DNA from: Draconibacterium orientale
GTDB lineage: Bacteria; Bacteroidota; Bacteroidia; Bacteroidales; JAIFNL01
Direction: 5' to 3'
NCBI GenBank assembly: GCA_022729915.1
Contig: DZBP01000001.1
Span: 1,831-65,830 of the forward strand
Length of the DNA: 64,000 bases
The translations under genes and the position numbers were made by a program. The notes under the pieces are model-generated. The model was not told where the DNA came from and did not search any database. It saw only the letters and a program-made list of their open reading frames with translations. Below, piece after piece: positions 16,269 to 26,505 of the stretch (position 1 is the first letter of the stretch; every line of letters starts with the position of its first letter).

Positions 16269-18938
16269 ATGGAAGGATTATTGTTTCTCTTATTTATCTC
16301 TGTTTTAATTGTTTATATAACAATTTTAAGGAGTAGAACTATTTTAAATCGGCAATTAGAACAATATAATAGTGAAATTGCTCGAAAACTTAAAATATTG
16401 GTAGATAATCAATTAGAGCTAAATGAAATGGTCATGGAGCTAAAGAGTGGCACTATTGAAGAGAGCGCAAATTTAGAAGATATTGATAAGATTATTACAG
16501 ACTTAGAGTTTGAAAAAATCAAATCAACGATTTTAAGTAAAGAAGAGCAAGAGGTTGAAAAAACTAAAAATGCGCATGATGAACAATTTAATTTTAGCAA
16601 AAAATCTGACCATGATAAAGAATCCATTTTGTCTGAACTAATTAATAACGAGTTAGATAATGAAGATGTTGATACTGAGGAAGAGAATTTAAAACTTGTA
16701 AAAGAATCAGTTATTAAATCGGAAAATGAGCAAATTGAAGATGATGAAGAAGACGAAATTATTGAAATAAACCAGATTATAGAGCCTAAAAAAGATTCGA
16801 AAATTAAGAGCGAAAATGATAATTTTCTTACTGAAAAAAGAAAGTCATTTAGCGAGCAATTTCCTGATTTAGAGAAATTTATAGGTGAAAATATAATAAA
16901 TAAAATTGGTATAATCATAACAGTTATTGGCATTATCTTCTCGGTTAAGTACGCAATTGATAATGAGTATATTAATGAATTTGGACGTGTTATGATAGGT
17001 ATTGCTGCTGGAGGTTTATTAATTGGAATTGCACACCGCTTACGAATAAAATATTCAGCATTTAGTTCAGTGCTTGTAGGAGGTGGTTTAGCTACACTTT
17101 ATTTTACAATTGGTTTGGCATTTCAAGAATATCATATTTTTAGTCAAACAATTGCATTTGTAATTATGCTTGTTATAACAATTTTTGCTGTTTTACTTTC
17201 TATTTTATACGACAGACAAGAGCTTGCTGTTCTGGCTATCATTGGCGGTTTTGCTACACCATTAGCCGTTAGTACTGGAGCTGGTAATTACAAAATTTTA
17301 TTTACTTATCTGGCATTACTTAATGTAGGAATGTTAGCGTTAGCATACTTTAAAAAGTGGCGTATTGTTAATATTGTTTCTTATTTTTTTACTGTATTTC
17401 TTTTTTCAGCATGGTTAGTGGATGCTGTAAATAAGGACAAATTACCATTAAAAGGCTCATTCTTTTTTGCCAGTATATTTTATTTTATCTTTTTCTTTCA
17501 AAATATTATTTACAATTTGAAAGAGAGCAAAAAATTCCAAGCTTGGGAATTTTTTATTTTATTGAGTAATTCTTTTGCTTATTTTGGCGCAGGATTGTAT
17601 ATTTTGCACAATGCTGCACCCGAATTTAAAGGTTTATTTACGGCACTTGTAGCCATTTTTAACTTTATTTTTGCTTTTAGTTTATACCTAAAATCCGATA
17701 TTGATAGAAATTTAGTTTATTTATTGATTGGTTTGGTACTTTCATTTGTGAGTTTAATTGCACCTATTCAGTTGGAAGGCAATTATATAACTCTATTTTG
17801 GTCGGCAGAAGCGGTTATTTTATTATGGATGTGGCAAAAAACTGAAATTCAATTAATTAAATTAGCTTCGGTTTTGGTGATAGCTGTAATGCTTTTTAGT
17901 CTTTTTATGGATTGGGAGAAAATCTACTATGGATTTGAAAATAAGCATATTATGCAAATAATTATAAACAAAGGATTTTTAACAGGTCTATCAGTTCTTA
18001 CATCTTTACTTTTATCTATTTATCTTTTATCAAAAGAAAATTCGGAGTTTTTGTTTCCAAATTTTCTTTTAAAATATTATTCATCAGGTTTGATAACTAT
18101 TTTTATATCTGTGCTTTATCTTGTTTTATTTTTTGAAATTTCTTATCATTTGAAATTAAATTTTGAAGATTTCAATCAGATGAATATTATTTTGAATTCA
18201 TATAATACGGCATTTCTTTTAGTTTTAGTTGCTTGGCTAACTACACGCAAAGCTCAAATATACAATACATTAGCTTTAATTTTCGGTTTTATTGCTATTT
18301 TAATTTATGCTTTGTATTCACTTCCTGTTTTTGCTAATTTACGTAATGCTCAGATTGAAAACAGATTAGTTGAGTTTAGCCCCCTTGTTTTTCACTATAT
18401 TTCGTTGGCTCTTGTTTTAGTTTTAATTGGATTTAATTCTATTAATTTTAAAAGAGCGAACTTATCAAATGAAAAATTATTTTTTGCAAATATTTGGTTT
18501 TCTGTATTTTATGTATTAACGATTTTGAGTGTAGAAATTGACAATATTATTCTTTTTACTTTTTACGACCACTCGAGTCTGCAAATTTTAGAAGGAAATA
18601 CGGAGATATTATACTGGCAAATAGATACTTATAGAACCGATATATTGAGCCAATCGCATAAGATTGCTTTTCCTGTGCTTTGGGGCGTAAGTTCATTTAT
18701 TTTGATGGTTGTTGGTTTGCGAAAAGACAATAGAGTTTTACGAATTATTTCACTTGTAGTTTTCTTCGTTACTATATTGAAACTCTTTATTATAGATGTT
18801 TGGGATATGGCAGAAGGCGGAAGAATTTTAGCTTTTGTTTTATTGGGTGTATTGCTTTTGATAATTTCTTTTATGTATCAAAAATTGAAATTCTTAATTC
18901 TTGATGATGAAAATAAAAATGAAAAGCAAAAATCATAG
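16269..18938 (+). CDS. large polytopic membrane protein, DUF2339-like, with an acidic coiled-coil N-terminal region
   Basis: 889 aa. One N-terminal TM segment, then about 180 aa of E/D/K-rich sequence, then about 20 hydrophobic segments. This architecture matches what I recall for DUF2339. Function unknown. Confidence 0.5.
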   Translation: MEGLLFLLFISVLIVYITILRSRTILNRQLEQYNSEIARKLKILVDNQLELNEMVMELKSGTIEESANLEDIDKIITDLEFEKIKSTILSKEEQEVEKTKNAHDEQFNFSKKSDHDKESILSELINNELDNEDVDTEEENLKLVKESVIKSENEQIEDDEEDEIIEINQIIEPKKDSKIKSENDNFLTEKRKSFSEQFPDLEKFIGENIINKIGIIITVIGIIFSVKYAIDNEYINEFGRVMIGIAAGGLLIGIAHRLRIKYSAFSSVLVGGGLATLYFTIGLAFQEYHIFSQTIAFVIMLVITIFAVLLSILYDRQELAVLAIIGGFATPLAVSTGAGNYKILFTYLALLNVGMLALAYFKKWRIVNIVSYFFTVFLFSAWLVDAVNKDKLPLKGSFFFASIFYFIFFFQNIIYNLKESKKFQAWEFFILLSNSFAYFGAGLYILHNAAPEFKGLFTALVAIFNFIFAFSLYLKSDIDRNLVYLLIGLVLSFVSLIAPIQLEGNYITLFWSAEAVILLWMWQKTEIQLIKLASVLVIAVMLFSLFMDWEKIYYGFENKHIMQIIINKGFLTGLSVLTSLLLSIYLLSKENSEFLFPNFLLKYYSSGLITIFISVLYLVLFFEISYHLKLNFEDFNQMNIILNSYNTAFLLVLVAWLTTRKAQIYNTLALIFGFIAILIYALYSLPVFANLRNAQIENRLVEFSPLVFHYISLALVLVLIGFNSINFKRANLSNEKLFFANIWFSVFYVLTILSVEIDNIILFTFYDHSSLQILEGNTEILYWQIDTYRTDILSQSHKIAFPVLWGVSSFILMVVGLRKDNRVLRIISLVVFFVTILKLFIIDVWDMAEGGRILAFVLLGVLLLIISFMYQKLKFLILDDENKNEKQKS

Positions 18939-18966
18939 AGAATTAAATTTGTCAAAATACTTTTAT

Positions 18967-19001
18967 AAAAAAAAACGAATTAAGCCAATTCGTTTTTTTT
19001 T
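18967..19001 (+). terminator. intrinsic terminator after the DUF2339-like gene
   Basis: AAAAAAAACGAATT-AAGCC-AATTCGTTTTTTTTT. The stem is extendable by A/T pairs and has a 9-T tail. It lies about 30 nt after the stop. Confidence 0.75.
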
Positions 19002-19319
19002 ATTTTAGGAATGAAAATTTCTTCTGTTTTTTTAATAAATGTATTACTTTTGTAGCAGATTTTTTATCAAAATTTAGTTTATTGAAAAGGAACTAAAATT
19101 ATTTATATTTTTGTTTTACCAAAGCTAAAATTATTTGAAATAAAAAAAGTTAGTACATAAAAGTAGCTAAAAAGGCATTTTATGATAAATATTCTATTTC
19201 AAATAACTATAAAATTGTTCTTTTGTAGAAATTCTAACATATAAAAATTATTCTCTTTATTTGAATTTTAAATTAAAAATATCACAAAAATTCAGTTTAA
19301 GAGCAAAAAAATAAACAAA

Positions 19320-20645
19320 ATGAAAATTTCAATAGTTGGAACCGGATATGTAGGTTTAGTAAGCGGTACATGCTTTGCCGAAACAGGCTTAAATGTAACT
19401 TGTGTGGACATCGACAAGATAAAAATTGACAAATTGAATCAAGGAATTATTCCTATTTATGAGCCCGGTTTAAAAGAAATGTTGGACAGAAACGTAAAAA
19501 AAGACCATTTGCATTTTACTACCGACATAAAAGAAAGTTTGGTAGATGCTGAAAGTGTTTTTATTGCAGTAGGAACTCCGCCTGATGAAGATGGAAGTGC
19601 CGATTTAAAATACGTTTTGGGAGTTGCTCGCGAAATAGGTATGTATATGACTGATTATTTGGTAGTTGTAACAAAAAGCACAGTGCCTATCGGAACAGCT
19701 AAAAAAGTAAAAGCAGCTGTACAACAAGAACTTGATAAACGTGGCGTTTCTATTTCGTTTGATGTTGCTTCTAATCCCGAATTTTTGAAAGAAGGCGATG
19801 CCATCAACGATTTTTTAAAGCCAGATAGAATTGTAATTGGAACAGAGTCAGAAAGAGCCGAAAAATTGATGGCTAAACTTTACCGTCCTTTTTTATTAAA
19901 TAATCACCCGATTATTTTTATGGATATTCCTTCGGCTGAGCTTACAAAATACGCTGCAAACTCTATGTTAGCTACTAAAATAAGCTTCATGAATGACATT
20001 GCAAACTTATGTGAAATAGTAGGTGCAGATGTAAATAAAGTACGCAAAGGCATTGGTAGTGATACTCGAATTGGCAAAAAATTCATCTATCCCGGAGCTG
20101 GTTACGGAGGTTCATGTTTTCCTAAAGACGTGAAAGCACTAATAAAAACTGCCGATGAAAACAATTATTCGCTTAGAATTTTAAAAGCAGTAGAAGAAGT
20201 AAATGAATTGCAAAAGTCAGTTGTTTTCAATAAAATTTACGAGCATTTTAATGGAAATTTAGCTGGCAAAACATTTGCTATGTGGGGACTTTCATTTAAA
20301 CCTCTAACAGACGATATGCGCGAAGCTCCTGCACTGATTATCATCGACAAATTATTAAAACATGGTGCAAAGGTAAAGGCTTATGACCCAGCAGCTATGG
20401 AAGAATGCGAACGAAAAATTGGTAGTATTATTGAATACGGAAACGACAAAGAAGATGTTCTAATAGATGCCGATGCTTTAATTGTGATAACTGAATGGAA
20501 TGAGTTTAGAATGCCAAATTTTAAAGTAATTTCTAGATTATTGAAAAATAATCTGATATTTGATGGTCGAAATATTTACGAGCCTACTGAAATGATAGAA
20601 AATGGATTTACTTATTACAGCATTGGACGAAATGTAATAAAATAA
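19320..20645 (+). CDS. ugd: UDP-glucose 6-dehydrogenase
   Basis: 441 aa. N-terminal GTGYVGLV Rossmann motif, catalytic GGSCFPKD, and a UDPG/MGDP dehydrogenase layout. Confidence 0.92.
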   Translation: MKISIVGTGYVGLVSGTCFAETGLNVTCVDIDKIKIDKLNQGIIPIYEPGLKEMLDRNVKKDHLHFTTDIKESLVDAESVFIAVGTPPDEDGSADLKYVLGVAREIGMYMTDYLVVVTKSTVPIGTAKKVKAAVQQELDKRGVSISFDVASNPEFLKEGDAINDFLKPDRIVIGTESERAEKLMAKLYRPFLLNNHPIIFMDIPSAELTKYAANSMLATKISFMNDIANLCEIVGADVNKVRKGIGSDTRIGKKFIYPGAGYGGSCFPKDVKALIKTADENNYSLRILKAVEEVNELQKSVVFNKIYEHFNGNLAGKTFAMWGLSFKPLTDDMREAPALIIIDKLLKHGAKVKAYDPAAMEECERKIGSIIEYGNDKEDVLIDADALIVITEWNEFRMPNFKVISRLLKNNLIFDGRNIYEPTEMIENGFTYYSIGRNVIK

Positions 20646-20659
20646 ATTTAAGTAATTTG

Positions 20660-20701
20660 GTAGTTCGATTGCAAAAAAAGTAATCGAACTACTTTTTTTT
20701 T
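20660..20701 (+). terminator. intrinsic terminator after ugd
   Basis: 11-bp stem GTAGTTCGATT / AATCGAACTAC followed by 9 T. Confidence 0.8.
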
Positions 20702-20744
20702 AGTAATGTTGTATATTCTTTAAAATAAATAGTAAAAAAACAAA

Positions 20745-21677
20745 ATGAAAAGAATTTTAGTTACCGGTGGTGCCGGATTTGTAGGTTCGCATCTTTGCGA
20801 AAGACTTCTAAATGAGGGAAATGAAGTAATTTGTTTGGATAATTATTTCACCGGTGAAAAACGCAATATTGCGCACTTATTGGATAATCCATATTTTGAA
20901 TTGGTGCGCCACGATGTAACTATGCCCTATTTTGCCGAAGTTGATGAGATATACAATTTAGCTTGCCCTGCTTCACCCATTCATTATCAATTTAATGCCA
21001 TAAAAACTATTAAAACCTCAGTAATGGGAGCTATAAATATGCTCGGTTTAGCCAAACGAACCAAAGCTAAAATATTGCAAGCTTCTACTAGTGAAGTATA
21101 TGGCGACCCAAAAGTACACCCACAAAAAGAAGATTATTGGGGACATGTAAATCCTATTGGCATTCGTTCATGCTACGATGAAGGCAAACGTTGTGCCGAA
21201 ACACTTTTTAATGATTATCACCGACAAAATGGAGTTGATATTAAAATAATCCGTATTTTTAATACTTACGGTCCTCGAATGCACCCAAACGATGGACGTG
21301 TAGTTTCTAATTTCATTATTCAAGCCTTAAATGGCGAAGATATAACGGTTTACGGCGATGGCTCGCAAACAAGAAGTTTTCAATACGTGGACGATTTAGT
21401 GGAAGCAATGGTACGAATGATGGCAACTGAAAATTTTACAGGTCCTGTAAATACTGGTAATCCAAATGAATTTACTATCTTGGAACTTGCTCAAAAAGTT
21501 ATTAAATTGACTGGTTCTACTTCAAAAATTATTTACAAACCATTGCCTTCCGACGACCCAACCCAACGCCAGCCTGATATTACACTAGCTAAAGAAAAAT
21601 TAGGAGGTTGGGAGCCCAAAATACAATTAGAAGAAGGTTTAATTAAAACAATTGAATATTTTAAAAATTTCAAATAA
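20745..21677 (+). CDS. UDP-glucuronate decarboxylase (UDP-xylose synthase)
   Basis: 310 aa extended [41 protein letters not shown] and NTYGPRM closely follow the UXS pattern rather than RfbB. It lies directly after ugd. Confidence 0.85.
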   Translation: MKRILVTGGAGFVGSHLCERLLNEGNEVICLDNYFTGEKRNIAHLLDNPYFELVRHDVTMPYFAEVDEIYNLACPASPIHYQFNAIKTIKTSVMGAINMLGLAKRTKAKILQASTSEVYGDPKVHPQKEDYWGHVNPIGIRSCYDEGKRCAETLFNDYHRQNGVDIKIIRIFNTYGPRMHPNDGRVVSNFIIQALNGEDITVYGDGSQTRSFQYVDDLVEAMVRMMATENFTGPVNTGNPNEFTILELAQKVIKLTGSTSKIIYKPLPSDDPTQRQPDITLAKEKLGGWEPKIQLEEGLIKTIEYFKNFK

Positions 21678-21826
21678 AAGTAAAGCCGTAAAATCAATAA
21701 AATTCAGTTTTTACCGGTTTACTTTTATTTTGCAAGATTAAAATTTGTAGAAAACAATATTCTACGTATTTTTACAGTACTTTTTGATATTAAATTAACT
21801 CAATTATTATTTAAAATTATATAAAT

Positions 21827-22714
21827 ATGAAAGGAATCATTCTGGCAGGTGGCTCAGGAACTCGCTTATATCCCGTTACAAAAAGCATTTCAAAACAAAT
21901 CATACCGGTTTATGATAAACCAATGATTTACTATCCCTTATCAGTTTTAATGCTTGCCGGAATAAGAGAAATTTTAATAATATCAACCCCAATTGATATT
22001 CATTTGTATGAAGATTTACTAGGAGATGGCAGCCAATTAGGGATAAAACTAGAATATGCTATTCAGCCTTCACCCGATGGATTGGCACAAGCCTTTATAA
22101 TTGGTGAGCAATTCATTGGAAATGATAATGTTTGCTTAGTTTTAGGCGATAATATTTTTCATGGTTATGGTTTCTCCGGATTACTCAATGAAGCTGCAAA
22201 GCTGCAATCGGGAGCATTGGTTTTTGGTTATTATGTAAGCGATGCATCACGTTATGGAGTGGTTGAATTTGACGAAAACCAACAAGCAATTAGTTTAGAA
22301 GAAAAACCCAAAGTTCCAAAATCAAATTATGCGGTTACAGGTTTGTATTTCTATGGAAATGACGTAGTTAGCAAAGCTAAAGGCTTAAAACCTTCAGCAA
22401 GAGGCGAACTTGAAATCACCGATTTGAATCGCTTGTATTTGAATGAAAATCGTCTGCAAGTTAAGCTTTTAGGCAGAGGAATGGCTTGGCTCGACACCGG
22501 AACGCACGATAGTTTGCTCGAAGCTTCAAATTATATTGCTACTATTGAAAACCGACAAGGATTAAAAGTTGCTTGTTTAGAGGAGATTGCATATTCACGG
22601 AAATATATTTCTAGGGAAAAGTTGCTAGTTTTATCCGAAGCACTAAAAAATAATCAATATGGCGAGTATTTAAAAAGTATTGCTGACGGTAAAATCAAAA
22701 CCATAGATTATTAA
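21827..22714 (+). CDS. rfbA: glucose-1-phosphate thymidylyltransferase
   Basis: 295 aa. N-terminal [28 protein letters not shown] and LGDNIF motifs. Confidence 0.93.
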   Translation: MKGIILAGGSGTRLYPVTKSISKQIIPVYDKPMIYYPLSVLMLAGIREILIISTPIDIHLYEDLLGDGSQLGIKLEYAIQPSPDGLAQAFIIGEQFIGNDNVCLVLGDNIFHGYGFSGLLNEAAKLQSGALVFGYYVSDASRYGVVEFDENQQAISLEEKPKVPKSNYAVTGLYFYGNDVVSKAKGLKPSARGELEITDLNRLYLNENRLQVKLLGRGMAWLDTGTHDSLLEASNYIATIENRQGLKVACLEEIAYSRKYISREKLLVLSEALKNNQYGEYLKSIADGKIKTIDY

Positions 22715-22743
22715 TAAATTGAAGAATAGTTAAAATATTTAAA

Positions 22744-23292
22744 ATGAATATATTAAAGACAGAAATTGCAGATTTATTCATTCTCAAACCCCGAGTTTTT
22801 TCTGACGAAAGAGGTTATTTTTTCGAAAGCTTTAACGAAGCAAAATTTATTGAGAATGGACTGAAATATAATTTTATACAAGACAATCAAGCACTCTCGC
22901 AATATGGCGTAATACGTGGTTTGCACTTTCAAAAAGGCGAATTTGCACAAGCGAAATTGGTGCGGGTTTTGTCTGGGAAAATTATTGATGTTGCCCTCGA
23001 TTTAAGAAAAAATTCAAGTACTTTTGGGAAGTTTTTTTCTATTGAACTTTCTGATGAAAATAAATTGCAGTTACTCATTCCTAGAGGTTTTGCTCATGGA
23101 TATTCTGTTATTTCGTCACAAGCCGTGGTGCTTTATAAATGCGACAATATTTATATGCCTTCTGCCGACGGAGGAATTATTTTTGATGATAAAGAATTAA
23201 ATATTGATTGGAAAATAGCAGAAGTCGATAGAATTGTTTCGCAAAAGGACAAAATGAATCCAACTTTTAGCCAATATAAGTTAGAAAATTAA
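22744..23292 (+). CDS. rfbC: dTDP-4-dehydrorhamnose 3,5-epimerase
   Basis: 182 aa cupin. DERGYFFESF, RGLHFQ and GFAHGY motifs. Confidence 0.92.
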   Translation: MNILKTEIADLFILKPRVFSDERGYFFESFNEAKFIENGLKYNFIQDNQALSQYGVIRGLHFQKGEFAQAKLVRVLSGKIIDVALDLRKNSSTFGKFFSIELSDENKLQLLIPRGFAHGYSVISSQAVVLYKCDNIYMPSADGGIIFDDKELNIDWKIAEVDRIVSQKDKMNPTFSQYKLEN

Positions 23293-23411
23293 TAATTTCA
23301 TGTTCTTTATAAAAATACTATTTTTTAAAAGTTATTTAGTATTTTAACTAAGTTAATGTGATTTCTTTTTTTTAAATTTTGAATTATAAAAAATAATAAT
23401 AGAAATTGATA

Positions 23412-24281
23412 ATGAATATATTAGTAACAGGAGCTAATGGACAATTAGGAAGCGAAATAAAGTTAATTTCTAAAAAATATACCGAATTTAATTTTATATT
23501 TACAGACATTCATGAATTGGATTTAACATCAAGCTCAAAAATTGAAGCTTTTTTTTCTGAAAATTCTATTGATTTAATAATCAATTGTGCAGCATATACT
23601 TCAGTCGATTTGGCTGAAACAGAAAAAGAATTGGCTGAATTGATAAATGTTGAAGCCATTCGTTTTTTAGCTAATATTGCTACTACAAAGAAAATCAAAG
23701 TAATACATATTTCTACTGACTATGTATTTGATGGAACGCATTATCGACCTTACAAAGAAGACGAAATGACGAGCCCAAATTCCGTTTATGGGCGCACCAA
23801 ATTGCAGGGCGAACAAGCGTTAAAAAATAGCGGAGCTGATTACATTATCATTCGTACTTCTTGGCTTTATTCAGCTTTTGGGAACAATTTTGTAAAAACA
23901 ATCCTCCGTCTTTCGAGCGAAAGAAACGATTTAAATGTAGTTGCCGACCAAATTGGAACCCCTACTTATGCTGCCGATTTAGCGGAAGTGTTGTTAAAAA
24001 TAGCCAGCAATTACAACAAAACCGGCGTATTTAAAAAAGACATTTATCATTATTCAAATCAAGGAGTTTGCAGTTGGTACGATTTTGCTACCGAAATTGT
24101 AGAACTTTCTAATAATAATTGCAAAATTAATGCAATTGAAACACATCGCTATCCTACGCCAGCTAAACGCCCTTTTTTCAGCGTTTTATGTAAAGATAAG
24201 ATAAAGAAAACTTTTGATATTGAAATTCCTCACTGGAAAAGTAGTTTAAAAAAATGTATTTTGTTATTAAAAACAAACTAA
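23412..24281 (+). CDS. rfbD: dTDP-4-dehydrorhamnose reductase
   Basis: ILVTGANGQLG, STDYVFDG, YGRTK and DQIGTPTY motifs. The ORF track begins at TTG 23406; ATG 23412 is more likely. Confidence 0.9.
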   Translation: MNILVTGANGQLGSEIKLISKKYTEFNFIFTDIHELDLTSSSKIEAFFSENSIDLIINCAAYTSVDLAETEKELAELINVEAIRFLANIATTKKIKVIHISTDYVFDGTHYRPYKEDEMTSPNSVYGRTKLQGEQALKNSGADYIIIRTSWLYSAFGNNFVKTILRLSSERNDLNVVADQIGTPTYAADLAEVLLKIASNYNKTGVFKKDIYHYSNQGVCSWYDFATEIVELSNNNCKINAIETHRYPTPAKRPFFSVLCKDKIKKTFDIEIPHWKSSLKKCILLLKTN

Positions 24282-24294
24282 AAAAATAAGACAA

Positions 24295-24843
24295 ATGATT
24301 AAAACTTTTTTAGGAAAAGCATTTTTTTTGCTTACCGATTGGAAAATTACAGGGCATGTGCCGCAAGATAAAAAATACGTTGTTTTGCAAGCACCGCATA
24401 CAAGCAATTGGGATTTTTTTATTGGAAAAATGTTTAATTTTGTGGTAAAAATGAATCCAAAAATTTTTGTAAAAAAGGAACTTTTTGTGTTTCCTATTGG
24501 TATTTTTACACGTATGTTGGGTGGAATTCCCGTAGATAGAAGCAGAAAAACTTCATTAGTAGAAGATACTGTTGAAATATTTAAAAACGCCGAAACTTTT
24601 TCTTTGGCAATAACTCCCGAAGGTTCGCGCTCGCGCAGGGAAATTTGGAAAAAAGGCTTTCATCACATTGCTACTCAAGCAAATGTGCCTGTTTATTTGG
24701 GGTATATTGACTACAAACTCAAGGAAGTAGGCGTTGAAGAAGATCCTTTGAAAATGACTGGCGATGCTGATGTGGATATAATTGAGCTAAAGCGCAGATA
24801 TTCAAAGTATCATGCAAAACACCCAGAAGATTTTGGTTATTAA
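24295..24843 (+). CDS. small lysophospholipid/1-acylglycerol-3-phosphate acyltransferase-family protein
   Basis: 182 aa. HX4D motif (HTSNWD) and a downstream PEGSRS block. Confidence 0.65.
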   Translation: MIKTFLGKAFFLLTDWKITGHVPQDKKYVVLQAPHTSNWDFFIGKMFNFVVKMNPKIFVKKELFVFPIGIFTRMLGGIPVDRSRKTSLVEDTVEIFKNAETFSLAITPEGSRSRREIWKKGFHHIATQANVPVYLGYIDYKLKEVGVEEDPLKMTGDADVDIIELKRRYSKYHAKHPEDFGY

Positions 24844-24856
24844 ATAAAAGCTGAAA

Positions 24857-25621
24857 ATGAAAGTTACAAGCATTCAAACGGATTTAATTTGGGAAGATAT
24901 TTCGGCAAATTTGAAACATTTTGACCAGAAAATTGAAGAAATAGGTGAGCCTACGGATTTACTCATTTTACCCGAAATGTTTTCTACCGGATTTACGCCC
25001 AATGCAGCTAAAGTTGCTGAAGATTTTTCCGGCTTAGCTTTCAGTTGGCTGAAATCAAAGGCTAAAGAAAAAAAAATAGGCATTATAGCAAGCTTTATTT
25101 TTAACGATAACGGAATTTTCAAAAACCGCTTATTTTTTGTAATGCCCAATGGAGAGTTTTCATTTTACGATAAAAGACATTTGTTTGGAACTACTGAAAA
25201 AGAATCACTTACAGCCGGAAATGAGCGAATAATTGTTCAATATAAAGGTTGGCGCATTTTGCCGCTTATCTGTTACGATTTGCGGTTTCCGGTATGGGCA
25301 CGCAATAAAAACGATTACGACCTTTTGATTTTTATTGCCAATTGGCCTGACAAGCGAATTGCGCATTGGCAAACTCTTTTAAAAGCCCGAGCGATTGAAA
25401 ATCAGTCTTTTACAATTGGATTAAACCGCATTGGAGTTGATGGAAATGGCTTTAGTTACAACGGAATGTCGATGTTTGTATCGCCAAAAGGTGAAGAAAT
25501 TGGACAAATAAAACAAGCACAGCATTTTATTCAAACTCTTTCGCTCGATAAAAATGAGCAGGATAATTATAGGAAATTTTTCAATGTACTTTCCGATGCC
25601 GACCAATTTACAATTTTGTAA
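24857..25621 (+). CDS. carbon-nitrogen hydrolase (nitrilase superfamily; omega-amidase/YafV-like)
   Basis: 254 aa. LPEMF (Glu), a conserved Lys region, and the catalytic Cys in LICYDLRFP. Confidence 0.8.
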   Translation: MKVTSIQTDLIWEDISANLKHFDQKIEEIGEPTDLLILPEMFSTGFTPNAAKVAEDFSGLAFSWLKSKAKEKKIGIIASFIFNDNGIFKNRLFFVMPNGEFSFYDKRHLFGTTEKESLTAGNERIIVQYKGWRILPLICYDLRFPVWARNKNDYDLLIFIANWPDKRIAHWQTLLKARAIENQSFTIGLNRIGVDGNGFSYNGMSMFVSPKGEEIGQIKQAQHFIQTLSLDKNEQDNYRKFFNVLSDADQFTIL

Positions 25622-25645
25622 CAAATTCAAAATATTTACAACAGA

Positions 25646-25680
25646 AATAAGCGACTTTTTTCACAAAAAAGTCGCTTATT
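25646..25680. terminator. bidirectional terminator between convergent genes
   Basis: Perfect 16-bp stem AATAAGCGACTTTTTT-CAC-AAAAAAGTCGCTTATT. T-rich tail on the plus strand (TTTTAATTTTATT); the minus-strand tail (TCTGTTG) is not U-rich. Confidence 0.8.
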
Positions 25681-25717
25681 TTTAATTTTATTCACGATAA
25701 AACTTTATGTCTTTTAT

Positions 25718-25975
25718 TTAATTCAGATTTTTCTCGTCAATGATAGCTTTAGCCATTTTTAGAATCGTATCATCATCAAGCACAACTATACCGCCGTCAG
25801 GACCTTGTTCTATATGAACTCCAACCGCTGTTCCGTCTTTGTAATTACAGCCACCGAAATAATTTCTAACCGTTTCCGCCGTCAGATTTAGTTCGGCTGC
25901 AATTTTTTTTATGCTTCCTGATGGAAGACTGTCTTTGATTTTTCTAAGTTCATTAAAAGTTATTGTCATAGCCAT
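25718..25975 (-). CDS. small putative HTH DNA-binding protein
   Basis: 85 aa. IKKIAAELNLTAETVRNYF looks like a helix-turn-helix. I recognise no further family. Confidence 0.45.
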   Translation of the reverse strand: MAMTITFNELRKIKDSLPSGSIKKIAAELNLTAETVRNYFGGCNYKDGTAVGVHIEQGPDGGIVVLDDDTILKMAKAIIDEKNLN

Positions 25976-26505
25976 ATTTTTTAGTTTTTAGTTAAACTTG
26001 CCTTGCACGTTTAACTGGTTTTTTAATTAGTCCATAATTTTTTGAATCTTTGTTTAAGTTTGCTACAAATATAAATTTGTTTTTTTTAATAACCTAATAT
26101 TAATTCAACTTTTTTTTGATTTTTTGATTTTTTTTTTAAGTAACTTTTTAAAATAATCAACAAACAGCAAATTGCTGATAATTAAAACATTAACATTTGG
26201 CTCTTTTTATCTTAAAATTGACATTTTTAGACTTATTTTAAAGTTAGCCAAAAAAGTATAAAATTTTGAATACATTGTTGTTTTTTATGTCTTTAAATCT
26301 TTAATTTTATGTTAAACAATGGTTAAATCATTTTAATAGAAATCGATGGTAATAGAAAATAGTTTTATCTTTTTTAGTATTAAAAAAAAGTTATTTTCAA
26401 GCTAAGCTTGATAAAATGAAAATTTACGTTTTAACGTTGTCTCGAATAAAAAATACGTTGGTTACCTTTTCTTTTCAATTTCAAAATTATTTAATATTCA
26501 ATGTT

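Noticed and set aside
16409-16933. A 174-aa Ser-rich minus-strand ORF.
   Set aside because: It is the antisense shadow of the GAA/GAT-rich acidic region of the DUF2339-like gene. Its Ser/Ile/Phe runs mirror the Glu/Asp codons.
20745-21677. Reading the 310-aa SDR as the missing rfbB (dTDP-glucose 4,6-dehydratase).
   Set aside because: The motif set ([32 protein letters not shown], 310 aa) fits UXS-type decarboxylases. RmlB proteins are longer and carry different blocks. The gene directly follows ugd, which supplies its substrate.
26100-26140. A poly-T/GAT run (TTTTTTTTGATTTTTTGATTTTTTTTTT) as a possible repeat array or CRISPR-like feature.
   Set aside because: It is a single short homopolymer-rich tract with no spacer-repeat periodicity and no cas genes.
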